A DNA stretch of 63,802 nucleotides, counting the filler, from Octopus bimaculoides (lineage: Eukaryota), in the NCBI RefSeq assembly GCF_001194135.2. It is 6 parts of 6 records of this genome, joined end to end, with 100 filler letters (N's around TTAATTAATTAA, not from the genome) between each part and the next. Parts side by side here need not be neighbours in the genome. Positions count along the whole stretch, not along the records: positions 10,767 to 19,273 come from NW_026361904.1; positions 19,374 to 45,057 come from NC_069002.1; 4 more parts are not named here. One strand, 5' to 3'. Each line of letters begins with the position of its first letter. Position 1 is the first letter of the stretch. A program made the translations under genes and the position numbers. Below are positions 12,487 through 23,672 of the stretch, piece by piece. The notes below the pieces were generated by a model. That model was not told the DNA's origin, did not search any database, and saw nothing but the letters and a program-made list of their open reading frames with translations.

Positions 12487-15400
12487 TATATGTGTATACA
12501 TACATACATATATACATGTACATATGGATATATCCTTTTCGATTATGGTGGGACGGTGTGGTGTACGTTATCAAGTACCTGCTTTCTGCGTGTTGCGGTG
12601 TACTGTAGCACATCTGAAGAGGGCAACAGCCTCATGTAATTTTGTCGTGCCCTTGTGTGTTTTGAAGGTGCAGTATGTGTCCGTCGTCTCTGCGTGCGTT
12701 ATGTTGTTTTGTCGCTTGAACTGAAGTGCCTATGTATACCCGCATATATATACATATGTGTGTGTTTGTTTGTGGATGCGTGTGTATGTGTGCGCCTGTA
12801 ATTAATTTAATAAGTGCTTGGGCGTCATGTTTTTGCTGTCTGCCGGATTGTTTGTGCCGTTGTTTGTGATATTGAGCCAGTGATACAACGTATGTAGCTT
12901 GGTTTGGTTTTTAGCTGGTGTTATGGCGATGTGTTTTTATTAATTTTTCTGCCTTATTTTATTCTGTTTTTGGTGCAGTCTCTTGTGTTTTGTCGCTAAA
13001 TATTTGTACTTGTTCTAGTGTAAAAATATATTTAGAGATTAATGCTCGTTAAATACTAACAGAATATAATTGTCAGTCTTTATGATTATTGTTGTCATCC
13101 ACTGGAGGCGGGTGTTGATTTTGCTAATACAAACACACGCACTGTCCGTATTTCACTTCTTTTTTTAAATACTAACGTTATTTATTAGTTAATCGTGTGG
13201 GGACATGTTTTAGCTGGTTTCCAGGCCCTTGTGTTTTGGCAATAAATGCGTGTGTATTGTGTTATAAAACATGGTAAGTATAAGCGTAGGTATGGCTATG
13301 TGGCAAGAAGCTTGCTTCCTAACCACATGGCTCACCACCACCACCACCACCACCACCGCCACATCCTCCTCCCTCCACCTCTCTCCTCCTTCTCCGCCTC
13401 CTCTTCCTCTTCACCTCCTCCTCTTCCTCTTCCTCCTCCCCTTCTCCTCATCATCATTATCATGATCAACGAGAACATCCCAATAAAATACAAACGTAAA
13501 ATATCAACACCAACAACAACAACAAAAACAACAGCAACAACAACATAATCTCCAACAACAACAACAAAAACACACACAGATGCACATCAACCCTCACCCT
13601 CCCACACATACACACACAAGCCAACGCTTCCCCACCCCCACCAACGATACACAAACAACATGACAACAACGAACCTCCATGACACGAGTCAACATTATAA
13701 GATGATGATCCCAGAACCGTACCCTATCTTTTCCTAGGGGACCCGTCTCTAATTTTCTTTTCCCAACCACAGAAATCCATCCAACATATGGCACAACCTC
13801 ATATTCGTGTCTCTTTTCCCTCTCATCATTTCCTCACCTCTTCTTCTCTCCCGTCATCCTTTTCTTTCTTCTCCCATTCTATTTTGTACTCTCTTCATTT
13901 TGGCTGCGGTTTGGAGTATGTTTTTTTTTTGTTATTGCTGTTGTATGTGTGTGTTTTCGTCCCTTATTTATGTCAAAAGAATTGAATACAACACCTAAAT
14001 TCGGGAGAAAAGACACCGACATGAAAGAACACGCGAAGAAACAACGCAAAAAAGCTTCGGTGGGGAATATTTAAAGTAACGGACAAAAAACACGTAAAAA
14101 ACACATACAAAAACACGTAGAAAAGAACATGTAAACATGTAAATATGTAAATATACAGAATATATATATATGAAAATACTAAAACATGTAAATAAAGCAC
14201 CCCCCCTCAAAAAATCACTACAAAACAGATAAAAGCACAGATGGAAAAATATTAAAAGACGGAGAAAATACATATGAATATAGGAAGATAAAATATAAAA
14301 ATAAACGACAAAATATACAAGAAAAATATAAAAAAACATGCTTAAAAAGAACAACACGAAAATGTAAAAAAATACACATAATAACATATAAAGACACAAA
14401 TAGAAATACAGAAAAATACGCGCAAAAATATACAAAAACACGTAAAAATAAGCAAAACACATGAAAACATACATACACACATAGAAAACATATATACACA
14501 CATATACAGATAAAATAACACCAAGAAAACGAAAGGAAACATAAAGTAATAAAAAAGAACCCAACGCAAAGAACTAAACAATAGCTGTAAANNNNNNNNN
14601 NNNNNNNNNNNNNNNNNNNNNNNNNNNNNNNNNNNNNNNNNNNNNNNNNNNNNNNNNNNNNNNNNNNNNNNNNNNNNNNNNNNNNNNNNNNNNNNNNNNN
14701 NNNNNNNNNNNNNNNNNNNNNNNNNNNNNNNNNNNNNNNNNNNNNNNNNNNNNNNNNNNNNNNNNNNNNNNNNNNNNNNNNNNNNNNNNNNNNNNNNNNN
14801 NNNNNNNNNNNNNNNNNNNNNNNNNNNNNNNNNNNNNNNNNNNNNNNNNNNNNNNNNNNNNNNNNNNNNNNNNNNNNNNNNNNNNNNNNNNNNNNNNNNN
14901 NNNNNNNNNNNNNNNNNNNNNNNNNNNNNNNNNNNNNNNNNNNNNNNNNNNNNNNNNNNNNNNNNNNNNNNNNNNNNNNNNNNNNNNNNNNNNNNNNNNN
15001 NNNNNNNNNNNNNNNNNNNNNNNNNNNNNNNNNNNNNNNNNNNNNNNNNNNNNNNNNNNNNNNNNNNNNNNNNNNNNNNNNNNNNNNNNNNNNNNNNNNN
15101 NNNNNNNNNNNNNNNNNNNNNNNNNNNNNNNNNNNNNNNNNNNNNNNNNNNNNNNNNNNNNNNNNNNNNNNNNNNNNNNNNNNNNNNNNNNNNNNNNNNN
15201 NNNNNNNNNNNNNNNNNNNNNNNNNNNNNNNNNNNNNNNNNNNNNNNNNNNNNNNNNNNNNNNNNNNNNNNNNNNNNNNNNNNNNNNNNNNNNNNNNNNN
15301 NNNNNNNNNNNNNNNNNNNNNNNNNNNNNNNNNNNNNNNNNNNNNNNNNNNNNNNNNNNNNNNNNNNNNNNNNNNNNNNNNNNNNNNNNNNNNNNNNNNN

Positions 15401-15677
15401 NNNNNNNNNNNNNNNNNNNNNNNNNNNNNNNNNNNNNNNNNNNNNNNNNNNNNNNNNNNNNNNNGATGTTGATGGTGGTGGTGGTGGTGGTGGTGGTTAT
15501 AGCGGTAGCAAAAGCAAACTCGGAAGAAATGTCGCTAAACATTTTGTCCGGCGTGCTAACGGTTCAGTATTTGTCTGCATTGCTCCGAACCTCTTATCCG
15601 GAATCCAGGAATCCGGAATTACCAGAAACACGGCTAATTTTGAAGCCAGCCAGCTTTGAACTTCGCGACGACTTATG

Positions 15678-15905
15678 AGCATTCAGATCCAATGTTCGTG
15701 CCGCCCATTATCTCACCCTCTCCATCAAATCAACGTTGTCTGAACAGGTGCACGGGTGTGCCACGCGTCAGGTGCCAAAATGATGGCAGAACAACATGAG
15801 GGGAAGTGTTTTGCTCAAGAACACAACACACCACCCGGACAAAGAATTGAAACCACGGTCTCGCGATCGTATTTGCAACACCCTAACCATAAGGCCATGC
15901 GCCCT
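15678..15905 (-). mobile_element. SINE family E (tRNA-like head at about 15900)
   Basis: The minus strand reads ggcgcatggccttatggttagggtgttg...gtggtttcaattc...gtgttgtgttcttgagcaaaacacttcc; related to 10160 and 50097. Confidence 0.8.
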
Positions 15906-15920
15906 ATACATACCCATAGA

Positions 15921-16299
15921 TAAGTGGCAAATATACTTCACGTTGTCGTGCAGCTACTGTTTATACCTCGTTCAGAGATTTAGTATTGCTTGTTTACACT
16001 TTTTCGAGATCAGTGAATTTTCGTCACTGGAAAAAGGGTATATGTATTTGCATTGGGAGCCCTTCGCATCGAAGATCGGTGATTGTCGTACGCTGACGAA
16101 GGGCAAATAACCAGAAACCAGGGTCCGTGCGTATCACGTCAGATCGACGATGGGGAGGATGACTTCCCTTTGCAAATACCGACAGGGCACAGAAAGTATG
16201 TCAATAGCCAGCTGGAGGAGATGTTCTCCTGGGGCTACAAGCTACAGTAGCATTCACCCTTAGGGTCTAGCCGCATTTAAGTGGCAAATATACTTCACG
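15921..16299 (+). mobile_element. 335-bp hammerhead-bearing insert between perfect 22-bp direct repeats (retrozyme-like or PLE pseudo-LTR fragment)
   Basis: taagtggcaaatatacttcacg occurs at 15921-15942 and 16278-16299; a hammerhead motif lies inside. Confidence 0.65.
16087..16131 (+). ncRNA. Minimal type-I hammerhead ribozyme motif, stem II imperfect
   Basis: CGTACG-CTGACGA-a-gg-gcaaataa-cc-a-GAAA-CC-ag-GG-TC-CGTGCG: 6-bp stem I (one G-U), intact CUGANGA and GAAA boxes, short stem III and a GUC cleavage triplet. Confidence 0.7.
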
Positions 16300-16414
16300 C
16301 ATACATATATATATATATATGTATGTATATATATATGTATATATAGGTATATATATATGTATATATAGTTATATATATATGTATATATAGGTATATATAT
16401 ATTTATATATACAC

Positions 16415-16454
<40 letters not shown>

Positions 16455-16626
16455 GTATATGCGTACACACGCACACACGTACACATACACACATACACAC
16501 ACACACAAACATATTTAGACTGCCAAATATTTGCATAAACTCTCATAAATTAGGCGATTAGTCGCAAATAACATAACAACACAGGGTACTACTTGTGCTA
16601 GTACATCCGTACACACGAGCAGAGAG

Positions 16627-16661
<35 letters not shown>

Positions 16662-16939
16662 CTCGTTTATAACTATACACTTGCCAGGCAGCGTAGAATG
16701 CTTAATAAGATAGAAGTGTTTTGTGCGTAAAACCGATTAATTGTGTGGCAAAAATACGAACGTTTTTCAGACTCAAGGCTTGAGAGAGGTTAGCGTCTCT
16801 CACTCGTCAAAATCCATTTTACTATCGGAAACGTAACCAACTGGAAACAGATGCTGTATCCAAAATGAATGCCGGGATTAAAAAAAAAGGGGGACATTTG
16901 CTCTCTGTCTGTCTGTCTCTCCATTGTTTGTTTGTTTCT

Positions 16940-17085
16940 AGCAGTAGTATCAATAATTGTCGGAGCCCTGGGAACAGTGAGCAATAATCTCGAGAAGTAC
17001 ATGGAACAAATAGGGGCTGCAATAAGGGCGGAGCACTTGGCAGAAAACGGCACTGCTTGGAACCACCCGAATACTCCGGTTCCAA

Positions 17086-17088
<3 letters not shown>
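16940..17088 (+). mobile_element. 3' end of the ORF of an R4/Dong-like (restriction-like endonuclease) non-LTR element
   Basis: VVSIIVGALGTVSNNLEKYMEQIGAAIRAEHL(+1)QKTALLGTTRILR matches the R4-clade terminal VVPxxxGALG...LQKxxLLGTxRILR motif. Confidence 0.75.
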
Positions 17089-17128
<40 letters not shown>

Positions 17129-17129
17129 C

Positions 17130-17310
17130 ATCGCTTGACAACCGATGTTGGTGTGTTTACGTTCCCGTAGCTTAGCGGTTCGGCAAAAGAGACCGATAGA
17201 ATAAATACTACGCTTCCAAAGAATAAGTCCTGGGGTCGATTTTCTTGACTACTCGCGGTGCTCCAGCATGGCCGCAGTCAAATGACTGAAGCAAAATGAT
17301 AAAAGAATAT
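17130..17310 (+). mobile_element. SINE family BC 3' half
   Basis: atcgcttgacaaccgatgttggtgtgtttacg...gcggttcggcaaaagagaccgatagaata...ccagcatggccgcagtcaaatgactga. Confidence 0.9.
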
Positions 17311-17314
17311 ATAT

Positions 17315-17345
<31 letters not shown>

Positions 17346-17834
17346 CACACCCCCATATATATATATCCGTGTTTACCTTCTCTCCCCTTAACGCCCCTAC
17401 TCCCTTCAACCCCCACTTCATCACCTTCCCCACCACACCACCCTCATCTAACAATGATATATTTATCTATATTAATCTCTATACATACCGCAATCTAACC
17501 CCTTTACAAAAATGGCGCATCCGTTTTTAACGCCCTCCCGCGTCCATCGCTCCTTTTGTTGTCGCACTATCAGCAACGCCCCCTATTTCATTTAATTATT
17601 TACCTTGCACTTAACTCCGCTTTCCATGGCTTCCCTTCTTTACCGCTCTGAAACGCCATATTGTTTTCTCTTCTTTTCTTTCTTTCATTCTTTCTCTTTC
17701 CTTTCTTTCTTTCTTTCTTTCTTTTCTCTTTCTATCTTTATTTCTTTCTTTCTCTCTTGCTTTCTTTCTTTCTCGCTTCGATTTCTCCTTTTAGATATTT
17801 CTTCTTCTTCTTCTTCTCTACCACCACCACCACC

Positions 17835-18003
17835 ATTCGATGTTGCTGTGTCTACGACCCCCGTAACTTAGCGGTTCGGCAAAAGAGACTGATGGAATAA
17901 GTACTAGGCTTCCAAAGAATAAGTCCTGGGGTCGATTTGCTCGACTAAAAGGCGGTGCTCCAGCATGGCCGCAGTCAAATGGCTGAAACAAGTAAAAGAG
18001 TAG
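17835..18003 (+). mobile_element. SINE family BC 3' half
   Basis: cccgtaacttagcggttcggcaaaagagac...aataagtcctggggtcgatttgctcgactaaaaggcggtgctccagcatggccgcagtcaaat. Confidence 0.9.
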
Positions 18004-18005
18004 TA

Positions 18006-18046
<41 letters not shown>

Positions 18047-18699
18047 NNNNNNNNNNNNNNNNNNNNNNNNNNNNNNNNNNNNNNNNNNNNNNNNNNNNNN
18101 NNNNNNNNNNNNNNNNNNNNNNNNNNNNNNNNNNNNNNNNNNNNNNNNNNNNNNNNNNNNNNNNNNNNNNNNNNNNNNNNNNNNNNNNNNNNNNNNNNNN
18201 NNNNNNNNNNNNNNNNNNNNNNNNNNNNNNNNNNNNNNNNNNNNNNNNNNNNNNNNNNNNNNNNNNNNNNNNNNNNNNNNNNNNNNNNNNNNNNNNNNNN
18301 NNNNNNNNNNNNNNNNNNNNNNNNNNNNNNNNNNNNNNNNNNNNNNNNNNNNNNNNNNNNNNNNNNNNNNNNNNNNNNNNNNNNNNNNNNNNNNNNNNNN
18401 NNNNNNNNNNNNNNNNNNNNNNNNNNNNNNNNNNNNNNNNNNNNNNNNNNNNNNNNNNNNNNNNNNNNNNNNNNNNNNNNNNNNNNNNNNNNNNNNNNNN
18501 NNNNNNNNNNNNNNNNNNNNNNNNNNNNNNNNNNNNNNNNNNNNNNNNNNNNNNNNNNNNNNNNNNNNNNNNNNNNNNNNNNNNNNNNNNNNNNNNNNNN
18601 NNNNNNNNNNNNNNNNNNNNNNNNNNNNNNNNNNNNNNNNNNNNNNNNNNNNNNNNNNNNNNNNNNNNNNNNNNNNNNNNNNNNNNNNNNNNNNNNCCA

Positions 18700-18755
<56 letters not shown>

Positions 18756-18859
18756 TTACTACTACTACTATTAATAATAATAATAATAATCTTTTCTACT
18801 ATAGGCACAAGACCTGAAATTTTTTTCGGATGATGATGATGATGATGATGATGAAAATG

Positions 18860-18892
<33 letters not shown>

Positions 18893-21227
18893 TTACTGTT
18901 CTTATTGTTATCTGTATTCGTATTGTTGTTTTGATGACGACGATGCTGCTGATGCTGCTGCTGATGAAGGAAACAATGATGACGAAGGAGATAATGATGA
19001 GGATGATGATGATGATGATGATGATGAATTTGTTTACGATGGTGTTCTTGAGCACCAGTTCAGTCATCTATGCAAGATGCCATTGTGCAAGGCACTCAAA
19101 CGTCCCCTTCCCCTTGAGGCTAAAATCTTGCCCATCAAAAAGATCATAAATTTCTACATTTCGCACCTTCACATGTATTATTATTATTATTATTATTATT
19201 ATTAGTTATAGTTGTTGTAGTAGTAGTAGTAGCACGAGTTCGAGTATTGTCATCATATGTGGTGCATGCATATNNNNNNNNNNNNNNNNNNNNNNNNNNN
19301 NNNNNNNNNNNNNNNNNTTAATTAATTAANNNNNNNNNNNNNNNNNNNNNNNNNNNNNNNNNNNNNNNNNNNNTATATATATATATATATATATATGCAG
19401 CCAATAAGTTTGTGTATATATCTAAATCACTAAGCGCACCGTAGCTCACTTGTTTTACTTCTCTTATGTCTTCCTACTTCCTACACACCCTCGCACATAT
19501 AAGTGAACGGATAAACACACACACACACATACACACGCATACGCACACGAGTACATATAAGCAGGCACATATACACAGGTGCACACATGCTCACGTAACG
19601 AGGTACATTCGCCGAGGTAATTAAAAACAGTGGCTTGACATCGCTTAACATAATGGAACGTAGGTGAGCCGGGGCGGAGATGTAGCAGTCTCCTTTTTAT
19701 TCATAATTTCTACAGGTTCTTTTCTTGTTTACTTCTTCGTTTTATTTTTGCCTCCTTCGTCTTTCATTCATCGGTACTTTGATGAATATACGTCCATTTA
19801 GACGGTTGAGATCAATATTATTGAATACAGGCGCATGATTGTATCTGATTACTGCCATAGAAGTTATGCTATTTCAACTCTACAAATACTATAGAATTAC
19901 TAAGGTTCTATATGTGGATATATATATGTGGATATATATATGTGTATTTATATTATATAATTCATATATATATGTGTATATATATATATATATATNNNNN
20001 NNNNNNNNNNNNNNNNNNNNNNNNNNNNNNNNNNNNNNNNNNNNNNNNNNNNNNNNNNNNNNNNNNNNNNNNNNNNNNNNNNNNNNNNNNNNNNNNNNNN
20101 NNNNNNNNNNNNNNNNNNNNNNNNNNNNNNNNNNNNNNNNNNNNNNNNNNNNNNNNNNNNNNNNNNNNNNNNNNNNNNNNNNNNNNNNNNNNNNNNNNNN
20201 NNNNNNNNNNNNNNNNNNNNNNNNNNNNNNNNNNNNNNNNNNNNNNNNNNNNNNNNNNNNNNNNNNNNNNNNNNNNNNNNNNNNNNNNNNNNNNNNNNNN
20301 NNNNNNNNNNNNNNNNNNNNNNNNNNNNNNNNNNNNNNNNNNNNNNNNNNNNNNNNNNNNNNNNNNNNNNNNNNNNNNNNNNNNNNNNNNNNNNNNNNNN
20401 NNNNNNNNNNNNNNNNNNNNNNNNNNNNNNNNNNNNNNNNNNTATATATATATATGTATATATATATATACTGTAGAAGCTCGTAGATGTGTCCCAGTGT
20501 TAGTACGTATGTATGATTATATATATGTGTGGGGGCGTGTGTGTGTGTGTGTGTGTGTGTGTGTATTATGCAATGTATATATATATTCCGCATGCGTGTG
20601 TTGGTCTGTGCTTGAGCGTGTATGTGGAGAACAAAATGTTCGTCTGATAAGTGTTGAAGTAGCAAAGTTCTCAAATAAAAACATTAATGAATCAACAGTA
20701 AATATCGTGAAACATGGACTCAGAATACATTATTGGCAACCAATGATTTTCTCATATCTTCCAGGGAAAATTTTCTATGGTCTTGAACTGTCGTGAAACG
20801 TTGAATTATGTATATAAAGTTTTTCATGATCCTGATAACATATCACCCAAATCTCGTTGAATCCAGATATCATCTTCCTCTCCGATACCAGACTGTTAAT
20901 CTTAATATAGTGAAATATACCCTGGTCGAGTGGATGTAGGAGGCGAAAGAGAGGAAAAGAACAATGTGGTATGAGTCGATGAAAACCAGCGACGAGAATG
21001 AGAGGAAAATAAGTTTCTTTTGCTGGTGGAGGTTGGCAGGATTTCAGAAAAGACCCATGGAAGCAGTCGGGAAATGAATAGAAACCGGGTAATAATATCG
21101 GAATAACATAAAGGTTGTAAAGAAAGCATCTAGTAATCAGTGGACTCAACAAAAGTACATAGGTTTCACGAACTGAACATAAAAGACGTGTAATTTTTAC
21201 ATATTATTATTTCATATTTGAAGGTTG

Positions 21228-21434
21228 CGTGCTGGTTGAGTCTTTAGCACGAGGGGCGAAATGCTTAACGACCTTTCGTCTGTCTTTGTGTTCTGAGCTC
21301 AAATTCCTCCAAGGATGACTTTGCCTTTTGTCCTTTCGGAGTTGATAAGAGAAGTACCAGTTTTGCACTGGAGTCAATATAATAGACTTATCCCTTTCCC
21401 CCCAAATTGTGGGCCTTGTGTCAAAATTTGAAAC
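21228..21434 (+). mobile_element. SINE family A, diverged
   Basis: Head, B-box-like, core and tail segments recognisable against 23036-23250. Confidence 0.8.
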
Positions 21435-21474
21435 CCTTATTAGCTATTTGGTGCATAAGGCGGAATCGTTAGCA

Positions 21475-21664
21475 TTTGTTTCAGTCATGTGACTGGGGCC
21501 ATGCTGGAGCAGCGCCTTTAGACGAACGAATCGACCCCAGGAACTTATTCTTTGTAAGTCTAGTTCTTATTCTATCGGTCTGTTTTGCCAAATTGCTAAA
21601 TTACGGTGATGCAAACACACCAACATCGGTTATCAAGCGATGTCGGGGGTGACAAACACAGACA

Positions 21665-21714
<50 letters not shown>

Positions 21715-21725
21715 NNNNNNNNNNN

Positions 21726-21765
<40 letters not shown>

Positions 21766-21875
21766 GACGGGCTTCTTTCAGTTTCCGTCTACCAAATACA
21801 CTCATTCAGTGGCACTGAACCCAGAACCATGTGGTTGGGAAGCCAGCTTCTTACCACACAGCCACACCGCCTAGC
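21475..21875 (-). mobile_element. Near-complete SINE family BC: tRNA-like head, internal (TA)n(TG)n, CORE-like 3' half
   Basis: The minus strand reads ggcggtgtggctgtgtggtaagaagctggcttccc...gacggaaactgaaagaagcccgtcg(TA)n(TG)n tttgtgtctgtgtttgtc...cgcttgataaccgatg...gactgaaacaaat. Confidence 0.9.
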
Positions 21876-21877
21876 AG

Positions 21878-22025
21878 CATTTCTTTATGTTCTGAGTTCA
21901 AATTCCGCCGAGGTCCAATTTCCCTTTCATTCTTTCGGTGTCCATAAAAGAAGTACCCGTTACATACTAGGGTCAATCTAATCGAATTACTACGTCTCAA
22001 GAAATCACTAGCCCTGTACCAAACT
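21878..22025 (+). mobile_element. SINE family A fragment
   Basis: gttctgagttcaaattccgccgaggtcc...aagtacccgttacatactagggtcaatctaatcga. Confidence 0.75.
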
Positions 22026-22350
22026 TATTTTCGCTCTCATTAACTGTTCTTATGGAATCGCTGAAAAACACTTCATACTCCATTTTAACTTATGATATGA
22101 TAGTGTTTCCATGGTGTTCATTGTAGCCATGGCATCCAAAACCCCTTGGGGTGGAAGCTACATGGTGGGGCGGGAAGAGGAATCAACCCATTTTCAAAAA
22201 GCATTTTCCAGTGAATCATAGCCTTTGAACGAATAAATAAACTCTGCTAAATGTATCTAGTACTTTATTTCTTGCTTGTACATCCATATCTATAAGTGTC
22301 TGATCGTGTGTGCGCACGCACACACACACGCATATATGCATACATATATA

Positions 22351-22416
<66 letters not shown>

Positions 22417-22951
22417 CACATATGTGTGTGTATGTGTATATATGTATGATATTGGAAACATCTACAACAGTAATAATGCAATATTCAAGAGATATTTGGA
22501 AATATTTATTTGGCACAGTTACCAGTAGTGCATAAAACTCGTAACTTTGGCAAAAACACTACACCATCAACTGTATCAAATGACATACATTGGTTTATTT
22601 TTTGCCAAAACTAAACCACGTGACAATTTTATGCTTTCTCGTTCTCATAGCAGTTCTTCCATTTTCTCTGTTTTTCTTTTTGGGGGATTTTTTAAAAAAT
22701 GTTATTACTATATATCGATGATTTCTCTCACGTTCTTCTATATTTTTTTTTTTATTTTTATAAAGTAAAGCTCAGAATTATTATTTTTGCCTATTTCCAT
22801 ATCTTACTTCTCACCACGCCCTACCACTATCATCATCTGCGACTTGGCTATTGTTTCGGTGGTGATGGTGTTGATGCTCTTGTTGTTCTTTTTCTTCTTC
22901 TTTATCATTTTCTCCTTTCTCTTATTATTCTTATGCTTCTTCTTCTTCTTC

Positions 22952-22990
<39 letters not shown>

Positions 22991-23035
22991 CTTTTTTTAT
23001 TCTTTTTATTCTTGTTCTTCTTCCTCTTCTTCTTT

Positions 23036-23250
23036 AAAGCGTTGAGCTGGCAGAAACGTTAGCACGCCGGGCGAAATGCTTAGCGGTATTTCGTCTGTCT
23101 GTACGTTCTGAGTTCAAATTCCGCCGGGGTCGACTTTGCCTTTCATCCTTTCGGGGTCGATAAATTAAGTACCAGTTGCGTACTGGGGTCGATCTAATCG
23201 ACTGGCCCCCTCCCCCCAAATTTCGGGCCTTGTGCCTAGAGTAGAAAAGA
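23036..23250 (+). mobile_element. SINE family A, young near-consensus copy (tRNA-derived, CORE-like centre, (ATT)n tail)
   Basis: gagctggcagaaacgttagcacgcc (A-box-like)...gagttcaaattccgcc (B-box-like)...tttcatcctttcggggtcgataaattaagtaccagttgcgtactggggtcgat...gtgcctagagtagaaaagattatt. Cannot be assigned to the published octopus OK/OR1/OR2 names without alignment. Confidence 0.92.
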
Positions 23251-23310
23251 TTATTATTATTATTCCTTTTTTTATTCTTTTTATTCTTGTTCTTCTTCCT
23301 CTTCTTCTTT

Positions 23311-23672
23311 AAAGCGTTGAGCTGGCAGAATCGTTAGCACGCCGGGCGAAATGCTTAGTGGCATTTCGTTCGTCCTGGGTTCAAATTCTGCCGAGGTTGC
23401 CTTCGCCTTTCATCCCATTCAAGGTGGATAGAATAAGCAGCAGTTGAAAAGTGGGATCGATGTAATCGATTTATCCTACTGCCTCGAAATTCCTGGCCTT
23501 GTACCAAAATTTGAAACCAATACCTAAGGCGGCGACACTTCGTCCGTATTTACGTTCTGAGTTCAAATACCGCCGAAGTCGACTTTGTATTTCATCCTTC
23601 GAGGTCTATGAAGTATGTACCAGTTAAGCAGGAGAATCGATATATTTGAGTGTACGCCAAAATTTGAAGCCG
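23311..23672 (+). mobile_element. Two older family A SINEs head-to-tail behind the young copy
   Basis: 23311-23520 and 23525-23672 repeat the head/core/tail order with many substitutions. Confidence 0.85.

Noticed and set aside
12613-12645. ctgaaga followed by a small hairpin as another hammerhead
   Set aside because: No GAAA box or cleavage triplet follows.
13660-14080. Possible membrane-protein exon starting MTTTNLHDTSQHYKMMIPEPYP
   Set aside because: TAG after 25 codons; the continuation needs a frameshift and is T-rich low complexity.
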